Shown piece by piece: positions 1 to 7,878 of a stretch of DNA of 40,385 nucleotides. The stretch is from a virus (Duplodnaviria > Caudoviricetes), in the IMG/VR virus record IMGVR_UViG_3300032227_000978, positions 1 through 40,385 of that record, one strand, 5' to 3'. Numbering within the stretch: the stretch's first letter is position 1; each line of letters begins with the position of its first letter. The position numbers were made by a program, and so were the translations under genes. The notes beneath the pieces were generated by a model. It was not told where the DNA came from. It did not search any database and worked only from the letters and a program-made list of their open reading frames with translations.

Positions 1-1
1 A

Positions 2-664
2 TTCCGAGGGGATCCAGGATCTGACAGTGTGTTTGCTTCTATAACTTCTCTTGGCGGCGGCGGCGGTGGAACTGACACCGGCGGAAATAACTTTGGTAAT
101 CCAAGTTCTCCGGGATCAGGTGGCGCCGGTGGTAGTGGTGGTGGTGGTACTGCTGCTGGTGGATCAGGTGGACTAGGCACTGCTGGGCAAGGCAACAACG
201 GTGGCCCCAATGCTAGTGGAGCCGGTATATACGCTGCTGGTGGTGGTGGTGGCGCTGGTGATGCAGGTTCAGGTGGTACAGGCAGTGGCGGCACAGGTGC
301 CGGTGGTATTGGATCACAATCATCAATAACCGGCACAGCTACATTCTATGCTGGCGGCGGAGGCGGAGCAAGTAATGGTTCTGCTCCTGCAGGTGGTACC
401 GGTGGAGGTGGTGCTGGTGGAGGAAGAAGTCCAAACACGGCAGGTATAATTGGAAGTATAAATACTGGAGGTGGCGGCGGGGGTGCGAACTCTAATTTCA
501 GCACGGACGGAGCGAATGGTGGCTCTGGTGTAGTTGTTATTGCTTATCCCGATACATATACCGCCCCTGTATCTATTAGTGGTGGTTTAGTATACGATCA
601 ACCGGCTAGATCAGGGTATAGAGTCTATAGATTTACCAGCGGAACTGGTACTATCACTTGGTAA
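2..664 (+). CDS. Glycine-rich virion fibre-like protein, 5' partial
   Basis: Frame is open from position 2 (FRGDPGSDSVFASITS), matching RGDSGSDSVFASITS inside the next gene. Gly-rich body and C-terminal GSGVVVIAYP...YRFTSGTGTITW motif are shared with the next two genes. Confidence 0.75.
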   Translation, partial: FRGDPGSDSVFASITSLGGGGGGTDTGGNNFGNPSSPGSGGAGGSGGGGTAAGGSGGLGTAGQGNNGGPNASGAGIYAAGGGGGAGDAGSGGTGSGGTGAGGIGSQSSITGTATFYAGGGGGASNGSAPAGGTGGGGAGGGRSPNTAGIIGSINTGGGGGGANSNFSTDGANGGSGVVVIAYPDTYTAPVSISGGLVYDQPARSGYRVYRFTSGTGTITW

Positions 665-692
665 GATTCATAGAAAATTAAACAGGTAAAAT

Positions 693-1772
693 ATGCCAAT
701 AACTATTACAGGTGGGCTTGTTCTAACAGGAGTTACATTTGGTGACGGTGCTATAGCACCTACAACAACTACAACTACTGCGGCACCCACAACAACTACT
801 ACTACAATAGCACCAACAACTACTACAACCACTGCAGCACCAACAACTACTACAACTACATCAACAAGTACTACAACAAGTACTACCACAGCAGGACCAA
901 CAACTACAACTACAACTTTGGCACCTAATCAAATTCCAGTTGACTACTTGGTTGTTGCTGGTGGAGGCGGCGGGGGCGGTTGGGATAATGGTGGTGGTGG
1001 TGGAGCAGGTGGGTTTAGAACTTCAACATTAGCAATAACAAAATCTACTTCTTATACAGTAACTGTTGGTGGTGGTGGTACAGGTAGAGGTTCTACTAGA
1101 ACGAGCCGAGGGGATTCAGGATCTGACAGTGTGTTTGCTAGTATAACTTCTGCTGGTGGGGGCGGTGGGGGAACCGATACCGGTTCAGGTAGCGGAGGTA
1201 ACGCAGAAGGTGGTCCCGGTGGTTCTGGAGGCGGTGCATGGTATGCTAGCCCAACTGGCGGTACTGGTAATACTCCTTCAACTTCTCCTAGTCAAGGAAA
1301 TAATGGTGGTGGCGCTCCAGGCGGAGGAAGCCAATACCCCTACTCCGGCGCTGGAGGTGGTGGCGCCGGAGCTGTTGGAGGTACTGGCGGTGGTACCGCC
1401 GGCAACGGCGGCGCTGGGTCACAATCATCAATAACTGGTACAGCTACATTTTATGCAGGCGGTGGTGGAGGAGGAAGTAATGCTACTGCACCTACAGGTG
1501 GTTCGGGAGGCGGCGCTGCTGGTGGAGGAAGATCACCTACTAACACAAATGGTGGAAATGGAACTCCAAATACCGGTGGCGGTGGCGGTGGAAATAATTA
1601 TAATGTCAGCCAGAACGGAGGAAATGGCGGATCAGGTGTAGTTATTATTGCTTATCCCGATACATATACTGCCCCGATATCTATTACCGGTGGCTTAGTA
1701 TACGATCAACCAACTAGAAGTGGGTATAGAGTCTATAGATTTACTAGCGGAACTGGTAATATTACTTGGTAA
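693..1772 (+). CDS. Glycine-rich domain protein with N-terminal Thr-rich (mucin-like) linker, putative virion fibre
   Basis: Poly-Thr/AAP tracts, then VDYLVVAGGGGG...GGSGVVIIAYP glycine-rich domain typical of phage fibre-region genes. AAACAGGT RBS-like leader. Confidence 0.75.
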   Translation: MPITITGGLVLTGVTFGDGAIAPTTTTTTAAPTTTTTTIAPTTTTTTAAPTTTTTTSTSTTTSTTTAGPTTTTTTLAPNQIPVDYLVVAGGGGGGGWDNGGGGGAGGFRTSTLAITKSTSYTVTVGGGGTGRGSTRTSRGDSGSDSVFASITSAGGGGGGTDTGSGSGGNAEGGPGGSGGGAWYASPTGGTGNTPSTSPSQGNNGGGAPGGGSQYPYSGAGGGGAGAVGGTGGGTAGNGGAGSQSSITGTATFYAGGGGGGSNATAPTGGSGGGAAGGGRSPTNTNGGNGTPNTGGGGGGNNYNVSQNGGNGGSGVVIIAYPDTYTAPISITGGLVYDQPTRSGYRVYRFTSGTGNITW

Positions 1773-1800
1773 GATCCATATAAAATCAAACAGGTAGATT

Positions 1801-3675
1801 ATGGCAATTACGTTTACGGGTGGAATTAGTATTACCGGTGGAATGACATTCAATGGTGGAGATCCACCAGTTCCACCGCCCACAATTGAAATATTAGTTG
1901 TTGCTGGGGGAGGTAGTGGTGGCTACGGTGCTTCTGGTGGAGGAGGTGCAGGTGGACTTTATTATAATGCAACACTTGCGGTTAATACAGCAGTTTCACA
2001 GTCTATCACTGTGGGGGCAGGTGGACCTGCTGTTAGTGGTACACTTGGTAATAACGGATTAAATTCCAATTTTGGATCAATCACTGCCATTGGCGGTGGA
2101 TATGGCGGTGCAGGAGCTGATGAAAATCTATCCTGGCATGCAGCAAGTGGTGGCAGTGGCGGTGGTGGTGGAGCACAGGGAGGGGGTCGAGGTTTTGCAC
2201 AACAGCCATCTTCAGCATCGGGTGGGTTTGGAAATAATGGTGGGCCTAGTAGCGGCAGTGATTGGATTGGTGGCGGAGGCGGAGGTGCAGGTGGTGCTGG
2301 TACTGGTCCAAATGGTAGTAGAGGTGGTACAGGTGGTGCAGGATTACCATACAGTATAACAGGCACATCGACATTTTATGCTGGTGGTGGTGGTGGTGGA
2401 TCAGAAGGTGGTGGTGGTGCAGGTGGTGCTGGTGGTGGAGGAAATGGTGCTTCCGGAGATCCTGCCAATGGTTTTAATGCTACAGCAAATACCGGTGGTG
2501 GCGGTGGTGGTTCACGGGGAGGTGGCACAACCAGTGGCGCTGGTGGATCAGGTGTAGTTATTATTGCTTATCCCAGCACAGGCTCGTCACTAGCTTCAAT
2601 CTCTGGTGGTTTAACATATGATCAACCTATCAGAGCTGGTTATAAAGTATACAGATTTACAGCAGGCACAGGCTCAATTAGTTGGCCAATAACCACTACA
2701 ACTACTACAACCACTGCAGCACCAACCACTTCTACTACAACTTCTACCACAACAGCAGCACCGACAACTACAACTACAACTACAACAGCGCCAACTGAAT
2801 CTAAAGCTATATTTGGATTCGGATTTAATTTTAGTGTTGGTTACTTTTCAATAACCAACTTAGTATCTAATCTTGGTGTTGTTGGTGATGACGTTACCGG
2901 TGTAGGTACTGCAAGAGGTAGTCTAGCAGCAGCAAAATATGGCGGTGGTAAAGCTATATTTGGATTTGGTAATGGTAATAGTGGTCGTACTAATATAACC
3001 AATCTAGTATCTGATCTTGGTGTTGTTGCTAGTAATACCACTGGTGTTGGTACTGCAAGGAGTGGTCTAGCAGCAGCAGGATATGGTGGTAATAAAGCTA
3101 TATTTGGATTCGGTTCGACTGCTGTTGGTGTAACATCAATAACCAACTTAGTATCTAATCTCGGTGTTGTTGCTACTGATAAAACCTTTTTTACTGGTAC
3201 TGCAAGTATTGGTCTAACAGCAGCAGGATATGGTAGTGATAAAGCTATATTTGGATTTGGTTCGACTGCTGGTGGTGTAACAGCAATAACCAATCTAGTA
3301 TCTGATCTTGGTGTTGTTGCTACTGATACTGCCGGCGTCGGTGCTGCAAGGAGTTTTCCAGCAGCAGCGGGATATGGTGGTGATAAAGCTATATTTGGAT
3401 TTGGTGCCCTAAGTAGTGGAAGTAGTACCAACATAACCAATCTAGTATCTAATCTTGGTGTTGTTGCTTCTAATACGACCTCTGCTGGCATTATAAAGCA
3501 AGCTCCAGGAGCAGCAGGATATGGTCTTGATAAAGCTATATTTGCATTTGGTTATAGTGAGCTTTATGGTAATTATATATCATTCATTAATCTAGTATCT
3601 AATACTGGAGTGGTTGCGGCAGATGAATTTGGTGCCGGTACTGCAAGAGCTTGTTATGGAACATCCTATGGTTAA
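1801..3675 (+). CDS. Glycine-rich domain + Thr linker + six-repeat beta-propeller-like domain, putative receptor-binding protein
   Basis: IEILVVAGGG Gly-rich domain, a poly-Thr linker, then six 48-49 aa repeats KAIFGFG...TNLVS.LGVVA...GTAR..LAAAGYG. Confidence 0.7.
   Translation: MAITFTGGISITGGMTFNGGDPPVPPPTIEILVVAGGGSGGYGASGGGGAGGLYYNATLAVNTAVSQSITVGAGGPAVSGTLGNNGLNSNFGSITAIGGGYGGAGADENLSWHAASGGSGGGGGAQGGGRGFAQQPSSASGGFGNNGGPSSGSDWIGGGGGGAGGAGTGPNGSRGGTGGAGLPYSITGTSTFYAGGGGGGSEGGGGAGGAGGGGNGASGDPANGFNATANTGGGGGGSRGGGTTSGAGGSGVVIIAYPSTGSSLASISGGLTYDQPIRAGYKVYRFTAGTGSISWPITTTTTTTTAAPTTSTTTSTTTAAPTTTTTTTTAPTESKAIFGFGFNFSVGYFSITNLVSNLGVVGDDVTGVGTARGSLAAAKYGGGKAIFGFGNGNSGRTNITNLVSDLGVVASNTTGVGTARSGLAAAGYGGNKAIFGFGSTAVGVTSITNLVSNLGVVATDKTFFTGTASIGLTAAGYGSDKAIFGFGSTAGGVTAITNLVSDLGVVATDTAGVGAARSFPAAAGYGGDKAIFGFGALSSGSSTNITNLVSNLGVVASNTTSAGIIKQAPGAAGYGLDKAIFAFGYSELYGNYISFINLVSNTGVVAADEFGAGTARACYGTSYG
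2803..3672 (+). repeat. Six in-frame coding tandem repeats (147/144 nt period)
   Basis: AAAGCTATATTTG recurs at 2803, 2950, 3094, 3241, 3385 and 3532, with spacings 147, 144, 147, 144, 147. Confidence 0.9.
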
Positions 3676-3706
3676 AAATATTAATAAATGATAAACAGGA
3701 AATATT

Positions 3707-3814
3707 ATGACAGTAATAGGTAGTATAACATTTAAAGGTTATAGATTGACATTTGCGCCATTAGGTGCTCCGTCAGTCTTACAGCAGGCATAGGCTCAAT
3801 TGGTTGATAAGATC
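3707..3814 (+). pseudogene. Internally deleted remnant of a Gly-rich fibre paralog
   Basis: Same AAACAGG..ATG leader as the paralogs and a 28-codon ORF MTVIGSITF... Positions 3779-3806 match 2657-2684 at 26/28 nt but in a shifted frame, with the Trp codon changed to TGA, followed by the TAAGATC tail seen after the paralogs. Confidence 0.65.
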
Positions 3815-3843
3815 TAAAGTAAGTTCTAAATGAATATTGTTTT

Positions 3844-3851
3844 GATAAATA
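3844..3851 (+). promoter_or_regulatory. T4-like late promoter candidate (GATAAATA)
   Basis: One mismatch from the T4 late promoter TATAAATA. Intergenic, and recurs upstream of several genes. Confidence 0.55.
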
Positions 3852-3915
3852 CTATAGTGAATTATGACAATAACGATAGATCTACAATTCAACAACATAA
3901 TAAGGAAAATTTCAA

Positions 3916-4134
3916 ATGATAGACAACAACATAACTCTACCTCCACCTACACCAGAGCAAATTGCAGAAGCAAGAGAAAATGCTGTCAATGCTGATCACC
4001 CAGTATCTTGGGTATGGAATGAAGAATTGATTTCATATATTCCACCAGTTGCTCCCCCCGATGATGAATTTCCATATCTTTGGAATGAAGATACAACTAG
4101 CTGGATTCCGTTTCCAAATTACCCAAGAAATTAA
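3916..4134 (+). CDS. Small Trp/Pro-rich protein, possible fibre assembly/accessory protein
   Basis: AAGGA RBS; WVWNEE..PP..P..YLWNEDTTSW pattern; lies among fibre-like genes. Confidence 0.5.
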   Translation: MIDNNITLPPPTPEQIAEARENAVNADHPVSWVWNEELISYIPPVAPPDDEFPYLWNEDTTSWIPFPNYPRN

Positions 4135-4218
4135 AATATAGTTTCTAATTGTATTTTTAAGGAAAGATTAAATCATTCCACTAGTCTGGAGAAAGGGTAT
4201 ATTTGGTACAGGTGAATT

Positions 4219-6270
4219 ATGGCAATATTGATAGATGGAGCTACAATTTCGGGCGGAGCATTAATTACTGGTACTGCAACAGATCCGTATTTCTCGTATG
4301 TCCCGCTGTTGCTAAACACAACTAGCAGCAACGGACAGCAGAACAATACGTTCTTAGATTCTTCGACTAACAACTTCAATATCACCCGCACTGGCACACC
4401 GACGCAGGGTTCTGTGACTCCTTATTGGCCTAATGGGCAGTGGAGTAATTATTTTAATGGTAGTACGGATTATTTAAGTTCTACAACTGCTTCAACTGTG
4501 TTGCAGTTTGGCACTAACCCATATACCGTTGAGGGTTGGGTATATCAAACTTCTAGGTCTGGTACGCCGTTTATTTGCGGCGGAGCGTTTTCTGGTAATG
4601 GGTTTCAAGTAGCAATAGATTCATCTGGTTTCATTTATGCCTCAATTCCGGGCGTATCAAACTTAACAGCGGCAACAATTGCAATTCCATTAAACACATG
4701 GACTCATTTTGCCTTAGTAAGAACTAGCACCTCTACTAACGGTTTTACATATTACATAAATGGGACCGCAGCGGGCACAATCACTGATGCAAATAATTAT
4801 TCTGGTACAGCAACGTCACTGAACGTTGCGACAACAAACAATAGTTCTCTTTACCTGCTTACCGGGTATTTAAGCAATCTTCGCATTGTCAAAGGCGTAG
4901 CAGTTTACACAGGCATTTTCACTCCCCCAACATCGCCGCTAGCTGCTACACAAACAGGAAATGGCGGCACAATTCAAGCAATTACTGGAACAGCCACATC
5001 AATTCTAACTTGCCAAAGCAACAGGTTTAGAGACAACAGCACCAATAACTTCGCAATTACAGTAAATGGAACCCCTAAAGTCCAAGCATTTCAGCCGCTC
5101 TTTTCGGCGGCCCCATATACCACTGCGGAGTACGGGGGAAGTAGTTATTTCAATGGCAGTACAGATTATTTGACATACAACCAAACATTTGCATTAGGAA
5201 CGAATAATTTTACTTTAGAATTTTGGTTAAATGTTCCCGTGAACCCTGTATATCCGACAAATTATTGGTTATGGGGGTGGAGAAACAACACGGATAATTG
5301 CCCTGGTATATATCTTAATTCAGTCTCTGGCGGCGGCAATACGTTGTGGTTTACTGGAAACTTAGGATTTATGTCAAATCCCAATTCAATTCCAACCAAT
5401 AGCTGGAATCACATTGCGATTGTTCGGACTGGAGTGGGCGCAAACAATCTAAAGATGTATGTAAACGGAGTGCAGGTTGCACAATCATCAAACGCTTCAA
5501 GTTTTACATATACAGGAACTCAGCCAATTGGTGCGAACCCATCTGGCAACGGTGGTTTATACCCTGCCAACGTTAATATTTCCAACTTCCGCATAGTAAA
5601 CGGCACGGCAGTCTACACCGAAGCGTTCACTCCACCGACCGCACCAGTAACGGCAATCACAAACACCAGCCTCCTGCTCAACTTCACCAATGCAGGAATA
5701 TTCGACGCCGCCGCGCAGAACTTGGTAACGACGGTTGCGAATGCTCAGGCTAGTTCAACACCTACGCCTCAATGGCCTCCTACGAGCATGAAATTCAATG
5801 GCTCGACGGATTATTTAATAGCTCCAACCATCCCAACTCTCAACGGTGCTTTTACAATTGAGTTTTGGTTTTATAGAGTTGGATCAGGAAATAATTATTG
5901 TTTTACTATTGGCGACGCATTTACTGCCACTGGAATTGAGGTTTATATTGGATCTTCTGGTACATTGTTAAAACTTTGGTCAAACAATGCAGAGAGAATA
6001 ACCTCCGGTACCACTCCAACCCCCGAAGCATGGAATTATATTGCAGCTACCAGAGACTCTAGTAACATAATAAGACTATATCTAAATGGATCTCAAGTTG
6101 GCTCAACTTACACAAGTTCTTCAGCGTTTGGCACCGTTTTAAGGTTGGGTGCGGAATATTATAATTCTGCAATAACTGGATACTGTAACGGCTCTATTCA
6201 AGACTTCCGCATTACCAACGGCATTGCCCGTACTATCACAACGCCAACAGCACCATTCTCAACACAATAA
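4219..6270 (+). CDS. Concanavalin A-like lectin/LamG triple-domain protein (tail/receptor-binding)
   Basis: Three domains, each starting FNGSTDYL and containing T(V/L/I)E.W, W.(H/Y).A..R, (Y/L)Y.NG and (L/F)RI..G.A motifs of LamG-like folds. Confidence 0.85.
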   Translation: MAILIDGATISGGALITGTATDPYFSYVPLLLNTTSSNGQQNNTFLDSSTNNFNITRTGTPTQGSVTPYWPNGQWSNYFNGSTDYLSSTTASTVLQFGTNPYTVEGWVYQTSRSGTPFICGGAFSGNGFQVAIDSSGFIYASIPGVSNLTAATIAIPLNTWTHFALVRTSTSTNGFTYYINGTAAGTITDANNYSGTATSLNVATTNNSSLYLLTGYLSNLRIVKGVAVYTGIFTPPTSPLAATQTGNGGTIQAITGTATSILTCQSNRFRDNSTNNFAITVNGTPKVQAFQPLFSAAPYTTAEYGGSSYFNGSTDYLTYNQTFALGTNNFTLEFWLNVPVNPVYPTNYWLWGWRNNTDNCPGIYLNSVSGGGNTLWFTGNLGFMSNPNSIPTNSWNHIAIVRTGVGANNLKMYVNGVQVAQSSNASSFTYTGTQPIGANPSGNGGLYPANVNISNFRIVNGTAVYTEAFTPPTAPVTAITNTSLLLNFTNAGIFDAAAQNLVTTVANAQASSTPTPQWPPTSMKFNGSTDYLIAPTIPTLNGAFTIEFWFYRVGSGNNYCFTIGDAFTATGIEVYIGSSGTLLKLWSNNAERITSGTTPTPEAWNYIAATRDSSNIIRLYLNGSQVGSTYTSSSAFGTVLRLGAEYYNSAITGYCNGSIQDFRITNGIARTITTPTAPFSTQ

Positions 6271-6353
6271 ATAATTAGTTATTGCTTTTATAAATTGACA
6301 TAAGGTACTGGTAATATCTATTGGTAAACTAAGTGTCATTCATAACAGGCTAA

Positions 6354-6361
6354 GATAAATA
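6354..6361 (+). promoter_or_regulatory. T4-like late promoter candidate (GATAAATA)
   Basis: Intergenic, 24 nt upstream of the ATG at 6386 that opens the modular-protein block. Confidence 0.6.
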
Positions 6362-6385
6362 CTTAATCTAGTACGGAATACTGTT

Positions 6386-7855
6386 ATGAAAATTAATCAA
6401 ATTATAGAATCTTCAACTACCGCTGGTTCAGTTGCTACTGTACCTTTTACAATGAATGGTATGCAAACACGAAATCCAAGTATCTATGGACAGAAAAAAG
6501 TAGGTAACTTATTCAAAGGTAAAAAAACTAGTAAACCATATGCCAATAGTCTAACTGAAGGTCGTGTCAAAGAACTTTCAATGGATCTTAAAGATTTAAC
6601 AGATGAAGAATTTCAAAAGAAATATAATCTAACTAAGAAAGAAGCTCGCAAAATGTTAACTTCTAAGCCTGAAAAAGTTAACAGAGATGATTTACAAGAA
6701 GAAGATTTAATTCTAGTTCCAGGACACGGTAGAAACTCAAGAGGCTTCATTTCTAAAGCATCAGACCGAACTGATAGAGAAGTAGAAATGGCTAAAGGCG
6801 ATCTTTATCAGTCTATCAAAAATGCAAAAATGATTTTTGATATGCTTGGTGATGTAAGCGAAGAAGATGGTATCGAAGGCTGGGTACAAGAAAAGATTAT
6901 CAAAGCCAGTGACTATTTAAACACTGTTCGTGAATACATGGAACAGCAAAGATTTGCAAATGAAATGACTGGCGGAGTCATTGGTAACGGTATGGCTGGT
7001 GAAAGTATTGAAGAAGCATATGATCCAAATGATGAATCTGATGTATGGTATCAATTTGACCCATCTAGTAAAAAGATTCTGAGAAAATTTATTAGACATA
7101 CTCAAACACATTTAGCAAAATCACACGGATGGTCAGAATCACCAGACCAAGCTATGAGAGCATATGGTTATTTTCCCAGTAAGTTCAAACCAAATCAATT
7201 TGTAAAGAAAGGTCCTGATGGTAAATGGACCAGCGTAACACCTGTATCCGAATCTAAGAAAAAAGTAAATCCATATGCTGTTGGTATGTCTCAGGCCATG
7301 AAATCATCAGGTGATAAACCACCTTTAAAAAAAAGTACAATAGTCAAAGGTCATGAAATAGCAAAAAAGATTAAAGGAGAAGACCTTGAAGAAGATTGGA
7401 GGAGTAAATTAGCTGGCGCTGCTCTTGCTGGTGCTGCTGCATTTGGTGGCGGAGGTGCTCATGCAGGTGGAATGTCATTGCCTCCCGCAGGACTGACACC
7501 AGCACAAGCTCAAGAATTTATAAACACCCAATTTGCAGGACAACAGGCAATAAATCAACATGCTGCTCAACAACGTGCAGGAAAAATTGACTATACTAAA
7601 GATGGTCCAATTACAAAAAGTTCATTAGGACATAAACTAGAATATGGTATTCCTGTCAATGCCAAAGGTGATTTTATCAATCCTAATAGATTACCGAACA
7701 TTCATGAGTTACCTAGAGATGAAATAGAGGCCATGGCTGAAGCATATCAAGCTTGGCTTAAAGACTACTTAAGTCGTTGGCCTAATGCTAAGCAACAGGC
7801 AGATGGATCAATGCAAGCACTCAAACCCGGTCTTGCACCGATGTACCCTAAATAA
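6386..7855 (+). CDS. Modular hypothetical protein, putative internal head polyprotein
   Basis: N-terminus MKINQIIES resembles the T4 capsid-targeting sequence. Segments are separated by LTE, LQE, IEE, VSE and LEE motifs. Confidence 0.55.
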   Translation: MKINQIIESSTTAGSVATVPFTMNGMQTRNPSIYGQKKVGNLFKGKKTSKPYANSLTEGRVKELSMDLKDLTDEEFQKKYNLTKKEARKMLTSKPEKVNRDDLQEEDLILVPGHGRNSRGFISKASDRTDREVEMAKGDLYQSIKNAKMIFDMLGDVSEEDGIEGWVQEKIIKASDYLNTVREYMEQQRFANEMTGGVIGNGMAGESIEEAYDPNDESDVWYQFDPSSKKILRKFIRHTQTHLAKSHGWSESPDQAMRAYGYFPSKFKPNQFVKKGPDGKWTSVTPVSESKKKVNPYAVGMSQAMKSSGDKPPLKKSTIVKGHEIAKKIKGEDLEEDWRSKLAGAALAGAAAFGGGGAHAGGMSLPPAGLTPAQAQEFINTQFAGQQAINQHAAQQRAGKIDYTKDGPITKSSLGHKLEYGIPVNAKGDFINPNRLPNIHELPRDEIEAMAEAYQAWLKDYLSRWPNAKQQADGSMQALKPGLAPMYPK

Positions 7856-7878
7856 TTAAAAATAAATGAGATAATACC

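Noticed and set aside
525-1776. Near-identical 3' ends as a diversity-generating retroelement VR/TR pair
   Set aside because: Mismatches are not adenine-specific, both copies are coding gene ends, and no reverse transcriptase is in the window.
668-3491. Antisense and alternative-frame ORFs over the Gly/Thr-rich genes
   Set aside because: These are shadow ORFs arising from low-complexity codons (poly-Val, poly-Pro), without RBS.
2803-3672. Regularly spaced repeats resembling a CRISPR array
   Set aside because: The period is 144-147 nt, in frame, and the intervening sequence is also homologous. These are coding repeats, and no cas genes are present.
6296-6338. Imperfect hairpin TGACA...TGTCA after the LamG gene
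   Set aside because: It relies on many G-U pairs and lacks a U-tract, which is insufficient to call a terminator or ncRNA.
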